The notes under the pieces: generated by a model
What the model was told of the DNA's origin: nothing
The model's database searches: none
What the model saw: the letters and a program-made list of their open reading frames with translations, nothing else
Part shown: piece by piece, positions 19,182 to 29,662 of the stretch
How the letters are laid out: every line of letters begins with the position of its first letter
Position numbering within the stretch: position 1 is the first letter of the stretch
Origin: an uncultured Clostridia bacterium
GTDB lineage: Bacteria; Bacillota; Clostridia; TANB77; CAG-508
Length of the DNA stretch: 64,000 bases
Direction: 5' to 3'
Assembly (NCBI GenBank): GCA_944389125.1
Contig: CALXLF010000006.1
Location: 1-64,000 of the forward strand
Position numbers and translations under genes: made by a program

Positions 19182-19958
19182 ATGAAAGTATATTTTAAAA
19201 CTATACTAATGTTAATAAAGATGCAATTAGAATATAGAAAAGCATTTATAATTTCAGTAATAGGAAGTTTTTTAATAACATTTTTGCTAATAACATCTGT
19301 ATATTTTCTATTTCAAGAATTTGAACAAATTGGAGAATGGACTTTTTATGAAGTAGCATTTCTATTTGGAATGGTATATTTAAATTTTTCTTTAAGTGAA
19401 ATGTTTTTGAGAGGATTAGATCATTTTGAAAATGTTATAAAAAACGGAGAATTTGATAGAATTTTAATTAGACCGCAAAGTGCTTTAATGCAATCAACTT
19501 GTATGGAATTTGATTTATCAAAAATTGGTAGATTGTTACAATGTGTTGCAATAATAGTTATTGCTTTAGTTAATATTAATATAGATTGGAATTTGTATAA
19601 GATATTAGTTTTTATATTAATGAATATTGGATGTTTTATAATATTTTTTGGGATTTTTATTTTAAAAGCTGCTTTTTGTTTTTGGACTATTGATGGATTA
19701 GAATTTATGAATATATTTGCTGAAGGAGGAAAAAAGGTTGCACAATATCCAATAGATATTTATGCAAAATGGTTTAGAATATTTTTTACTTTTGTAATTC
19801 CTTTTGGATTAGTTAATTATTATCCAGTATTATTTTTATTTGGCAAAGCTGATAACTGGTATTATGGAATTATTCCTATATTTACTTTTATTTTTTTAAT
19901 ACCATGTATATTAGTATGGAAAATTGGAGTTAAGCATTATGAGTCAACTGGTTCTTAA
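19182..19958 (+). CDS. ABC-2 family transporter permease (second subunit)
   Basis: multi-TM protein, coupled to the previous gene. Confidence 0.55.
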   Translation: MKVYFKTILMLIKMQLEYRKAFIISVIGSFLITFLLITSVYFLFQEFEQIGEWTFYEVAFLFGMVYLNFSLSEMFLRGLDHFENVIKNGEFDRILIRPQSALMQSTCMEFDLSKIGRLLQCVAIIVIALVNINIDWNLYKILVFILMNIGCFIIFFGIFILKAAFCFWTIDGLEFMNIFAEGGKKVAQYPIDIYAKWFRIFFTFVIPFGLVNYYPVLFLFGKADNWYYGIIPIFTFIFLIPCILVWKIGVKHYESTGS

Positions 19959-20006
19959 ATAAATAAAGTATATTAAATTTGATTTTTAAAGGATTGGTCA
20001 AAATAG

Positions 20007-20765
20007 ATGAAGATTGAAGAAAAAAGAAAAGAAATATTAGAAAATGTAGGCAAGTTAATAGAAATGTATGAAAAAGGATTATTAGGAGGAGAAGTAATGC
20101 CAGAAGATAGTAATCCTCATCTAATCAAAGATTCAGTAGAAAATTATAATTATTTTACATTACCTATGGCTCTTAATTATCAGAGAAATTCATACAAATT
20201 ATGGGAAAGTGCAGATAGAACTTGGAATGATAAAGAAACTAATTTTGTTTTTGATACAAAAAAAGTAAGTAAATCTAGTTTTGAACACGTACAAAAAGCA
20301 CTTGTAAAATATAAAGTAGCATTACAACAAAACAAGCAAACTGAAATATGGATAAAATTATGTAATACATTTAATGAACTTTTTGATGGTGATATAAGAA
20401 AATTGTTCAAACTAAATGATTATGACGTTAATAAAATAAGAAATTATATTCAAAAAGAAAATAAATCTAAATTTCCATATTTATCAGGAAATAAAATATG
20501 TAATTATTGGTTATATGTTTTATATCAATATACAGATATTAAATATAAAAATATAGAAGATTTGACAGTTGCACCAGATACACATGTAGTAAAAGCAACT
20601 TATAGATTAGGTCTTATTACGGAAGAAGAACTAAAATTAAGTAATGTTCAATTAATTGTAATTGATAGATGGAATGAAATTTTAAAAGGAACAAAATATA
20701 ATCCAATAGATATACATACACCAATGTGGTTATGGAGTAGAAACGGATTTAGAAATTTAAATTAA
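20007..20765 (+). CDS. divergent HhH-GPD-like DNA glycosylase-fold protein (tentative)
   Basis: VAPDTHVVKATYRLGLI resembles the PVDTHV.R...RLG segment of the Nth/MutY/AlkA superfamily; no Fe-S cysteines. Confidence 0.3.
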   Translation: MKIEEKRKEILENVGKLIEMYEKGLLGGEVMPEDSNPHLIKDSVENYNYFTLPMALNYQRNSYKLWESADRTWNDKETNFVFDTKKVSKSSFEHVQKALVKYKVALQQNKQTEIWIKLCNTFNELFDGDIRKLFKLNDYDVNKIRNYIQKENKSKFPYLSGNKICNYWLYVLYQYTDIKYKNIEDLTVAPDTHVVKATYRLGLITEEELKLSNVQLIVIDRWNEILKGTKYNPIDIHTPMWLWSRNGFRNLN

Positions 20766-20784
20766 AGATTTAGGAGGAATAATT

Positions 20785-21294
20785 ATGGAGTATTGGGATG
20801 TATTAGATGGTGATGGTAATCCAACAGGGGAGATAATGAAAAAATATGATGAAAAAGTTTTTGAAAGAGGGCTTTATCATTTGGGCTCTGATTTATGGCC
20901 TATTAACAGTGAAAATAAAATATTAATTCAAAAAAGATCTAGTAAAAAGAGATTAGAACCTAATGTTTGGGCTATGACAGGAGGATCTGTTATAGTAGGT
21001 GAAAATTCATTACAAACAATAGTAAGAGAATCAAAAGAAGAACTAAATATAGATGTTGATTCTAATGATTTAAAATTAATAACAAGATTTAAAACAGGTA
21101 ATGTTTGGATTGATACATATATTGTAAAACATAATTATGATATTTCTAAAATGAAATTTAAAGAAGATGAAGTTTCTGATGTAAAATGGGCTACCTGGGA
21201 TGAAATTAATGATTTAGTAAATAAAGGACAATTTATAAAAAATAGATGGGAGTTTGTAAGTAATTTTCTTAAAAAAGAAATAGATAATAAATAA
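20785..21294 (+). CDS. NUDIX hydrolase
   Basis: Nudix box GGSVIVGENSLQTIVRESKEELN. Confidence 0.7.
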   Translation: MEYWDVLDGDGNPTGEIMKKYDEKVFERGLYHLGSDLWPINSENKILIQKRSSKKRLEPNVWAMTGGSVIVGENSLQTIVRESKEELNIDVDSNDLKLITRFKTGNVWIDTYIVKHNYDISKMKFKEDEVSDVKWATWDEINDLVNKGQFIKNRWEFVSNFLKKEIDNK

Positions 21295-21313
21295 AGAGGT
21301 AATAAAGCAATTT

Positions 21314-21730
21314 ATGAAAAAGTTTAATGTAATAATAGTTTATAATAAAGAAAATAATAAAATTCTTATGTGCAGAAGAGAAAAAGAACCATATAAGGGT
21401 AAATTTAATTTAGTTGGAGGAAAAGTAGAACAAGGAGAGCCTGAGCTATATGCTGCATATAGAGAGTTGCAAGAAGAAACAGGAATAACAAAAAATGATA
21501 TTACTTTGACTAATTTAATGAATTTTGAGTATTTAATGTCTGATATGGAACTAGAAGTTTATGCTGGAATTTTAAAACATGATGTTAAATTAATAGAAGA
21601 ATTAAATAAACTTTATTGGATAGATAAAAAAGAAAATTTCTTTGATATGGAAAAATTTGCAGGAGAAGGAAATATCGGACATATGCTTAAACAAGTTGAA
21701 GATTTTAAAGATAAAATATTTAACGCTTAA
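21314..21730 (+). CDS. NUDIX hydrolase
   Basis: Nudix box GGKVEQGEPELYAAYRELQEETGI. Confidence 0.75.
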   Translation: MKKFNVIIVYNKENNKILMCRREKEPYKGKFNLVGGKVEQGEPELYAAYRELQEETGITKNDITLTNLMNFEYLMSDMELEVYAGILKHDVKLIEELNKLYWIDKKENFFDMEKFAGEGNIGHMLKQVEDFKDKIFNA

Positions 21731-21799
21731 TAATAGTTTATTTATCAAAAAATTATTATACAAAGGAAGGAGTATATGATATTTATCATATAAAAAATT

Positions 21800-22867
21800 A
21801 TGGAGCCTTATGAAAATACTTATAATACATTAAAAAAGATTTATGGTGAAAAAGTTTTATCAGATATGGATGTATATTTGGTTGGTGGAATTTGTGCAGC
21901 TATTTATGCAAGTATTGATTTATACCGCCAAAATGAAGATATAGATCTGATGGTAAATATAAAAAATTTAGATGAGTTAGTAGATCTTTTGGAAAAAGAT
22001 GGGTATGATGTAAAGGATAAAAGAGGAATATTAACAGAAAACTATATAAATGAAGATGGAACTTTTATTCCAATGGATCATGAGCTAAATGCAGATACTA
22101 ATCGAAAAAATTTACTTGGTATTGGTATATTTTTATTTGAAAGAAAAGATGGTATTGTAGTAATGAGTTCGTATGCTTATGATGAAAGAGAAAAAAATTA
22201 TACTGAAATTCAAACAGCAATGCCAGAAGAGCTATTTGACATGATGTATGATAATAATAAGGTTGAATATAAAGGATTACAAGTAAAATGTCAATCAAAA
22301 GAATATACATATCTTACTAAATCAAATGGTCAAAGAGAAAAGGATAAAATTGATGTAGATGTTTTATCACAATATATAGGAAAAGAAGAATATGAAAAAA
22401 TTAAGAAAATACAATTGTTACAAAAAAGAGTTAATAAATACATGATTTTACGTGATAAAGATGGACATATTTTATCTTCTAGAAAAATTCCAGATTTTGA
22501 AGATAGGGTTGAAAATATTGTGTCACAAATAGTATCATCTAATGAAGGTAAATCAAGTAAAGAGATTAAGAAAATTTTATTAGATAATGAACGTGTAAGA
22601 AAAAGTGCACAGCAAGATGTAAATATAAGAAATATACTTGAGATTATACAAAATATACAATTAGATGGAGATATACCATTAATGGTTAGACAAATAACAC
22701 ATGATTATTTATATTCTGATGAATTAAGAAATGTTGATTCACAAGAAGTTGGAAAAGGAGTAGCAGAAGAATTAGCACAAGTATCAGAAATTGATGAAAC
22801 AAATAAAACTTTAGGAATACATTTAAGAGAAAATGTGATTGAAAGAGGAGAGAATACAGATGAATAA
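21800..22867 (+). CDS. nucleotidyltransferase-fold protein (minimal-NTase/Lnu-ANT-like N-terminus) with a ~200-aa unknown C-terminal extension
   Basis: GG.A...........DIDL NTase signature (LVGGICAAIYASIDLYRQNEDIDLMV). Confidence 0.4.
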   Translation: MEPYENTYNTLKKIYGEKVLSDMDVYLVGGICAAIYASIDLYRQNEDIDLMVNIKNLDELVDLLEKDGYDVKDKRGILTENYINEDGTFIPMDHELNADTNRKNLLGIGIFLFERKDGIVVMSSYAYDEREKNYTEIQTAMPEELFDMMYDNNKVEYKGLQVKCQSKEYTYLTKSNGQREKDKIDVDVLSQYIGKEEYEKIKKIQLLQKRVNKYMILRDKDGHILSSRKIPDFEDRVENIVSQIVSSNEGKSSKEIKKILLDNERVRKSAQQDVNIRNILEIIQNIQLDGDIPLMVRQITHDYLYSDELRNVDSQEVGKGVAEELAQVSEIDETNKTLGIHLRENVIERGENTDE

Positions 22868-23315
22868 AAGCGTAAGTTTAGAATATGCTAATGCTTATAG
22901 TGAAGTTTTAGAAGTTTTAAAAAATATGCCAACAATAGATATTAATAAGGTTCCTAAAAATATGATTGAAATGTTTAAAAACAATTGTAATAAACTTCAT
23001 GATTTTAGATATGATTCTAAAAAGAAATTTGATGAACAAAATATCTCTAAAAGGGCAAAATTGATTTTGGCTATTTTATTTAGAAATTATTGGGCAACAC
23101 CATATCAAAAGGAAATTATAATTGCAAGACAAAATTTTGAAAGAGAAAAAATTGAGATACAAAAACAAGAAAAATATAATATAAATAATATATTTGATAA
23201 AAATGCATTAAAAAAAGATATTAATAAAGAAGAACTTAATATAACAAAATATAAAAAGTCAAAATTTTCGAGAATAATAGATAAAATAAAAAGTTTATTT
23301 TGTAAAGGAAAATAA
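22839..23315 (+). CDS. small conserved hypothetical protein, paralog of 62327-62644
   Basis: overlaps the NTase stop by 29 nt (translational coupling); shares LEY..A..EVLEVLK.MP....K.P.N.I......D..D.KKK..EQNIS.RAK with the second copy. Confidence 0.4.
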   Translation: MKEERIQMNKSVSLEYANAYSEVLEVLKNMPTIDINKVPKNMIEMFKNNCNKLHDFRYDSKKKFDEQNISKRAKLILAILFRNYWATPYQKEIIIARQNFEREKIEIQKQEKYNINNIFDKNALKKDINKEELNITKYKKSKFSRIIDKIKSLFCKGK

Positions 23316-23342
23316 TAAATTTAAAATACAAGGAGAAATAAA

Positions 23343-24495
23343 GTGAGAGAAAATAATAAAATAGTTTTACCAAATTATGAAAATAGTATTTTAAATCTAA
23401 TAAATTCTATTTTAAAATACTATAATGTTGAGACACAATATAATGGTTTAAAAATATTAGATGAAGAACTAAAAAAACAATACAGAAATATTGCATTAAT
23501 TATTTTAGATGGTATGGGAGAAAGTATATTAAATTTGACATCTCCAAATGGTTTTTTAAAAGAAAATCAAAAATCAATAATAACTTCAATTTTTCCTTCT
23601 ACAACTGCTGCAGCAATGACAACATATTATTCAGGAAAACCACCTATTGAAACACGGTTGGATTGCTTGGTCACAGTATTTTAAAGAGTATGGACGAAGT
23701 ATTGATGTTTTAGCAAATCGAGATTCATATACTGGTGAAGTTTATGGAAATGCTAAATTAGACATACAAGACTTAATAAATTATATATCAATATATGAGC
23801 AAATTGAAAAAGCTTCACCAGATGTTAAAGCATATGAAATAAATCCTTCACATTGTTCATCAAGAAGTAAAAGAAATATTAAAGCTAATACAATAGATAT
23901 TTTATGTGATTATATAGAAGCTATATGTAAAAATACAGATAAAAATTTTATTTTAGCTTATAATGATAATCCAGATGGTTTATTACATAAATATGGTTGT
24001 GAGTCTATTGAAGCAAAAGACTTTGTTTTAGATGCAGAAAAGAAAATAGAAAATTTATGTAATAAATTAGCAGGCACAAATACATTATTAATTATATCTG
24101 CAGATCATGGACATAAGGATATAGAAAATATGTATGAAATTTTAAATATGGAAGATATTCAAGATTGTTTAATACTTCCTCCTAGTTTAGAAGGTAGATG
24201 TACTACTTTTTGGGTTAAAGAAGACAAGAAAACAAAGTTTGAACATATTTTTAAAGAAAAATTTAAGGAAGAATTTTTATTATATACAAAAGAAGAACTT
24301 TTAAGAAAAAATTTATTAGGATTTGGAAAAAAACATAAAAAAATAGATGATTTTCTTGGAGACTATATATCAATATCTGTTAAAGAATCAAGTTTTAAAA
24401 TGGGAACTTATATTAGTAGAGAAAGTCCTGAAAAGAAATCTACTCATTGTGGTTTGTCAGCTGAAGAAATGGAAGTTCCATTAATAATAAAATAA
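23343..24495 (+). CDS. alkaline-phosphatase-superfamily type I phosphodiesterase/nucleotide pyrophosphatase-like protein requiring a +1 shift at CGG 23655-23657
   Basis: ILDGMGE..STTAAAMTTYYSG; the zero frame ends 10 codons after the CGG, whereas skipping C23655 gives ..PPIETGWIAWSQYFKEYG.. continuing for 280 aa. Confidence 0.55.
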
Positions 24496-24636
24496 AAATA
24501 TTTATAAATATTTAAAAAAGTATTGACTTGGAGCTAACTTTAAGTGATATAAAAATAGTATAGTTTATAAAAATAACTTATAATTTAAATAAACTGGATT
24601 TATTTAAACATACAAATAGAAAGGAAATGATTTAAA

Positions 24637-25518
24637 ATGGAAAAATCAAAAGTTTATTTTACAAAGGAGATTACTCCAGAAAATTTAATTAAAATGTATG
24701 AAGCTTTAGGACAAGAATTAAAAGGAAAAGTAGCTGTAAAGCTATCAACAGGTGAAGCAGGAGGACATTATTTCTTAAATCCAAATTTAATAAAAGACTT
24801 AGTCCATAAAGTAAATGGAACAATTGTAGAATGCAATACTGCTTATGAAGGAAAAAGAAATACAACAAAAGATCACTGGGAAACAATAAAAGATCATGGA
24901 TTTTTAGATATTGCAAAAGTTGATATTATGGATGAAGAAGGAGATATGGCTATTCCAGTAAAAAATGGATTTCATTTAAAAGAAGATTATGTAGGTAAAC
25001 ATCTTGAAAATTATGATTCAATGCTTGTATTATCACATTTCAAAGGACATGCAATGGGTGGCTTTGGAGGAGCACTTAAAAATATTTCAATAGGAATTGG
25101 TTCTTCAAATGGAAAAGCATGGATCCATACAGCTGGAAAATCAAAAAATCCTTCAGAATTATGGGATAACTTACCAGAGCAAGATGATTTCTTAGAGTCA
25201 ATGGCTGATGCAAGTGAAGCTGTAATTAATTATATGGGAAAAGAAAATATGGTATATATAAATGTTGCAAATAATTTATCAGTTGATTGTGACTGTGATT
25301 CAAATCCACATGCACCAGAAATGGCGGATTTAGGAATATTTGCATCTCTTGATCCAGTAGCTCTTGATCAAGCTTGTTATGATGCAGTAAAAAATTCTCC
25401 AGATGAAGGCAAAAAAGCATTAATAGAAAGAATGGATTCAAGACATGGAATTCATACTGTAGAAGCCGCAAATAAATTAGGAATTGGAAGTAGAGATTAC
25501 GAAATAATAAACATATAA
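24637..25518 (+). CDS. DUF362-like protein (tentative)
   Basis: N-terminal MEKSKVYFTKE and Cys/His-rich region VDCDCDSNPH. Confidence 0.35.
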   Translation: MEKSKVYFTKEITPENLIKMYEALGQELKGKVAVKLSTGEAGGHYFLNPNLIKDLVHKVNGTIVECNTAYEGKRNTTKDHWETIKDHGFLDIAKVDIMDEEGDMAIPVKNGFHLKEDYVGKHLENYDSMLVLSHFKGHAMGGFGGALKNISIGIGSSNGKAWIHTAGKSKNPSELWDNLPEQDDFLESMADASEAVINYMGKENMVYINVANNLSVDCDCDSNPHAPEMADLGIFASLDPVALDQACYDAVKNSPDEGKKALIERMDSRHGIHTVEAANKLGIGSRDYEIINI

Positions 25519-25623
25519 TTTAAGATTATATAAAAATTATAATTAAGGAAGTTCAAAGAACTTCCTTAATTGTGCAAAAATTAAAGATAAAACATTCATT
25601 TATAAAGATAGGAGTTAAAATTT

Positions 25624-26850
25624 ATGAAAGCATTATATTTTGATTGCACTAGTGGAATCAGTGGAAATATGACATTAGGAGCATTACTAGATATTGTAGG
25701 AGATGAAAAATATTTTTTAGATGAGATAAAAAAACTAAATGTTGATGGATATAAAATAGAAATATCTAAAAAAGTAAAAAATGGTATTACTGGTACATAT
25801 GTTGATGTTATTTTAGAAAATGAACAAGATCATCATCACGAAGAACATGAACATAGCTATGATCACGAGCACGAACATCATCATGAGCATGAACATCACC
25901 ATCATGAACATAGAAATCTAAATGATGTTTATTCAGTTATTGATAAAAGTTCAATAGATGATAAAGCTAAAGAATTAGCAAAAAGGATATTTATAAGGGT
26001 TGCAAAAGCAGAATCAAAAGTTCATAATAAACCGCTAGAAGAAGTACATTTTCATGAAGTTGGAGCAATAGATTCTATTATTGATATTGTAGGAACAGCT
26101 ATCCTTATAAATAAAATTAATCCAGATAAAATAATATCAAGTATAGTTAATGATGGATATGGTTTTATAGAATGTGCACATGGTACAATGGCTGTACCAG
26201 TTCCTGCTACTTCTGAAATTTTTGCAAATTCTAAAGTTAAATTTAGACAAATAGATGTTGATACAGAATTAGTTACACCAACTGGTGCTGCAATTATTGC
26301 AGAACTTGCAACAGAATTTACTACATTACCTGCAATGACAACAGAAAAAATTGGTTGGGGAGCAGGCTATAAAGATTTAAGGATACCTAATGTTTTAAAA
26401 GTATATTTAGGAGATATGCAAGAAAGAAATGAAAATTTTGTTGTAATGGAAACAAATGTTGATGATTGTGGTGGAGAAATATTAGGATATACATCTGAAA
26501 AATTATTCCAAAATGGAGCATTAGATGTTTTCTACACACCAATATTTATGAAAAAGAATAGACCAGCATATAGATTAACTGTTGCATGTAAAAAAGAAGA
26601 TATGTTTAAATTACAAAATATAATGTTTAGAGAAACAACAACAATAGGAATAAGATATCGTTTTGAATCAAGAACAGAACTTGGAAGAGAAATTATTGAA
26701 TTAGATACAAAATACGGAAAATTAAAAGCTAAAAAAGTAATTAATAATGGGGAAACTTATATATATCCCGAATATGAGAGTGTAAAAGAATTAGCAGAAA
26801 AAAATAATATTCCATTAAAAGAATTATATAAACTTGAAGAATTAAAATAA
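25624..26850 (+). CDS. larC: nickel-pincer cofactor biosynthesis nickel insertase LarC (DUF111)
   Basis: N-terminal MKALYFDCTSGISGNMTLGALLD and a His-rich tract (HHHEEHEH...HEHEHHHH). Confidence 0.8.
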   Translation: MKALYFDCTSGISGNMTLGALLDIVGDEKYFLDEIKKLNVDGYKIEISKKVKNGITGTYVDVILENEQDHHHEEHEHSYDHEHEHHHEHEHHHHEHRNLNDVYSVIDKSSIDDKAKELAKRIFIRVAKAESKVHNKPLEEVHFHEVGAIDSIIDIVGTAILINKINPDKIISSIVNDGYGFIECAHGTMAVPVPATSEIFANSKVKFRQIDVDTELVTPTGAAIIAELATEFTTLPAMTTEKIGWGAGYKDLRIPNVLKVYLGDMQERNENFVVMETNVDDCGGEILGYTSEKLFQNGALDVFYTPIFMKKNRPAYRLTVACKKEDMFKLQNIMFRETTTIGIRYRFESRTELGREIIELDTKYGKLKAKKVINNGETYIYPEYESVKELAEKNNIPLKELYKLEELK

Positions 26851-26889
26851 ATACTATATGACCTATAAAGGAGGACATTTATTAGCAAT

Positions 26890-27630
26890 ATGGAAATAAA
26901 AGAAATATTAGAAGAGTTAAAAGAAAATAAATTATCAGTAGAACAAGCAGAAAAAGAGATAAAAAATAATCAATACCAAGATTTAGGTTTTGCAAAAATT
27001 GATCATAATAGAAAAGAAAGAGTAGGTGTAGCTGAAGTTGTATTTTGCCAAAATAAACCAGATGAATTTTTGAGCAAAATTTATAATGCAATTTACAAAG
27101 AAGATAGTGAGGTATTAGGAACAAGAGCAAGTAAGCAGCAATACGAATTAGTAAAAAAAGATATTCCAAATGTTGAATATGATTGTATTTCAAGAATTCT
27201 TAAGATTGAAAAACCAAAGAAAAAAGTAGGAAATATAGCAATTTGCACAGGAGGAACAGCAGATATTCCTGTTGCGGAAGAAGCAGCTCAAACAGCAGAA
27301 TTTTTTGGAAGCAATGTTCAAAGAATTTATGATGTTGGAGTGGCTGGAATTCATAGAATTCTATCTCAAACAGATAAATTAGATGAAGCAAATTGTATTA
27401 TTGTTGTTGCTGGAATGGAAGGAGCTTTAGCATCAGTTGTAGCAGGTTTAGTTAAAGTACCAGTAATAGCAGTTCCTACTTCTGTCGGTTATGGAGCAAA
27501 TTTTGGAGGGATATCTGCATTATTAAGTATGCTTAATTCTTGTGCTAATGGAGTTTCTACAGTAAATATTGATAATGGATATGGTGCAGGCTACATTGCA
27601 AATCAGATTAATAAATTAGCAATTAAGTAA
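26890..27630 (+). CDS. larB: nickel-pincer cofactor biosynthesis protein LarB (PurE-like carboxylase)
   Basis: PurE-like core IVVAGMEGALASVVAGL..PVIAVPTSVGYG. Confidence 0.8.
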   Translation: MEIKEILEELKENKLSVEQAEKEIKNNQYQDLGFAKIDHNRKERVGVAEVVFCQNKPDEFLSKIYNAIYKEDSEVLGTRASKQQYELVKKDIPNVEYDCISRILKIEKPKKKVGNIAICTGGTADIPVAEEAAQTAEFFGSNVQRIYDVGVAGIHRILSQTDKLDEANCIIVVAGMEGALASVVAGLVKVPVIAVPTSVGYGANFGGISALLSMLNSCANGVSTVNIDNGYGAGYIANQINKLAIK

Positions 27631-27645
27631 ATATAGACTAAAAGG

Positions 27646-28428
27646 ATGATAAATATGTTAGAAGAATTAGAAAATAAATTAAAAGATTTAGGAAAAGTTG
27701 CTGTTAGTTATTCGGGAGGTATTGATTCAAGTTTCTTGTTATATGTAGCAAATAGTGTTTTACCAAAAGAAAATGTTATTGCAATTATTGCAAATGGTTG
27801 TATGATTTCAAGAAATGATTATAAAGATGCAATTGAATTTTTAAATGAAAATAATTTTCAATATAAAGAAATCTCATATAATCCATTGGATATTTTACAA
27901 TTTAGAGAAAATCATAAAGATAGATGCTATTATTGTAAGAAAAATTTAATGTTAGCTGTAAAAATTGCGGCTAAAGAAAATGGGTTTGACAATGTTTTAG
28001 ATGGAAAAAATTTAGATGATTTAAAAGTTTATAGACCAGGAAATAAAGCTACTGAAGAATTAGGAATTATAAGTCCACTTGCAGAAGCAAAATTTGATAA
28101 AGAAAAAATTAGAAAACAAGCTAAAAAATTAGGAATTAAAATTTGGAATAAACCATCTAATTCATGTTTAGCAACTAGATTTCCATATAATACAATTTTA
28201 TCAAAAGAAAACTTAAAAAAAGTAGAATTGAGTGAAGTGCTTATAAAAAGTTTGGGAATACAAAGTGTTAGAGTAAGAGTACATGGAGATATTGCTAGAA
28301 TTGAAGTTCCAAAAGAAGATTTTAATATAATTCTTGAGAATGATGATATTATAAATAAAATAAAAAATCTAGGTTTTAAATTTGTAACACTAGATTTATC
28401 TGGAATAAAAAGTGGTAGTTTTGATTAA
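27646..28428 (+). CDS. larE: ATP-dependent sacrificial sulfur transferase LarE (PP-loop ATPase)
   Basis: PP-loop SYSGGIDSS; position in the lar cluster. Confidence 0.8.
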   Translation: MINMLEELENKLKDLGKVAVSYSGGIDSSFLLYVANSVLPKENVIAIIANGCMISRNDYKDAIEFLNENNFQYKEISYNPLDILQFRENHKDRCYYCKKNLMLAVKIAAKENGFDNVLDGKNLDDLKVYRPGNKATEELGIISPLAEAKFDKEKIRKQAKKLGIKIWNKPSNSCLATRFPYNTILSKENLKKVELSEVLIKSLGIQSVRVRVHGDIARIEVPKEDFNIILENDDIINKIKNLGFKFVTLDLSGIKSGSFD

Positions 28429-28584
28429 AAAATATATTTTATTTAATGCTCTCTATATATTAGATTATTTTTTCTAGTATCTAGGGTGCATTTTTTTAAA
28501 TTTTTTTTATTTTTTTTTAAAATATTATTTAAAACGTTTGATTTTTGGTATATAATAGCAATATATTTTAAAGAGGAGAAAAAA

Positions 28585-29637
28585 ATGAGCAATTATTTTG
28601 AAACATTAAATCCAAAAATAAAAGAATATTTTAATATATTATCTGATGAAATACCAGAATTTTTATATGATTATATAGATACTCCGGAGATGCAAAAACA
28701 AAGTGGTATAAATGTGGCTTGTGGTATTTATTATTCTAAATTATATGATGTAACATGGTTTTCAAGTTTGGACCATAGTATTGCAGTTGCTTTAATAATT
28801 TGGAATTTTACTAAAGATAAAAAACAAACATTAGCTGGCTTATTTCATGATATTGCAACTCCATCTTTTAAACATTGTATTGATTTTTTGAATAAAGATT
28901 ATGAAAAACAAGAATCAACAGAAGAGTTAACTACAGAAATTTTAAAAAAATCAAAAAAGATAATGAAATTACTAGAAAGAGATAATATAAAATTAGAAGA
29001 AATTGATAATTATCATATATATCCAATTGCTGATAATGAGACTCCAAGACTTGCTAGTGATAGATTGGAATATACTCTTTCAAATGGATTAGGAACAGTA
29101 GCGAAAATATGGGATTTAGAAGATGTAAAAGAAATATATGATAATATAGAAGTCCAGAAAAATGAAGATGGTTTATTAGAGCTGGGATTTAAAGATAAGA
29201 AAATTGCAGAAAAGTTTGTGCATGCAATGAGTAAATTATCATCTTTATATATAAGACCAGAGACTAAATTTTCTATGCAATTTATAGCAGATTCTTTAAA
29301 GAAAATGTCTGAAAAAAATTTAATTTCTATAAAAGATTTATACAATTTATCAGAAAAAGAAATTATAAATAAAATAGAAAATTGCAAATTAGGTAATATA
29401 TCAAAGTGTTTTAAATTATGGGAAAATGCAACAAATGTATATGAAAGTGATGAAAAGGTAAATAATAAATATTGTGTAAATATTGATAAAATTAAAATAA
29501 GATATATTAATCCACTTGTAAAGAATAACGGAAAATATGTAAGAATTAAAGATGTTTCAAATGAAGCTAAAAATGATATTGAAAAAGCTTTAAATTTTAA
29601 AACAAAAAAATATGTATATATGAATTTTGATTTTTAA
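28585..29637 (+). CDS. HD-domain phosphohydrolase
   Basis: H..(LFHDIA) HD motif; the ATG at 28585 (MSNYFETL) is preferred over the upstream Phe-rich extension of the ORF. Confidence 0.5.
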   Translation: MSNYFETLNPKIKEYFNILSDEIPEFLYDYIDTPEMQKQSGINVACGIYYSKLYDVTWFSSLDHSIAVALIIWNFTKDKKQTLAGLFHDIATPSFKHCIDFLNKDYEKQESTEELTTEILKKSKKIMKLLERDNIKLEEIDNYHIYPIADNETPRLASDRLEYTLSNGLGTVAKIWDLEDVKEIYDNIEVQKNEDGLLELGFKDKKIAEKFVHAMSKLSSLYIRPETKFSMQFIADSLKKMSEKNLISIKDLYNLSEKEIINKIENCKLGNISKCFKLWENATNVYESDEKVNNKYCVNIDKIKIRYINPLVKNNGKYVRIKDVSNEAKNDIEKALNFKTKKYVYMNFDF

Positions 29638-29662
29638 ATTAAATAATAAATGGAGATTAAAA

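Noticed and set aside
25830-25915. His/Glu codon repeat (cat cat cac gaa...) in larC as a possible microsatellite or slippage artefact
   Set aside because: It encodes a His-rich tract in frame, consistent with nickel binding in LarC.
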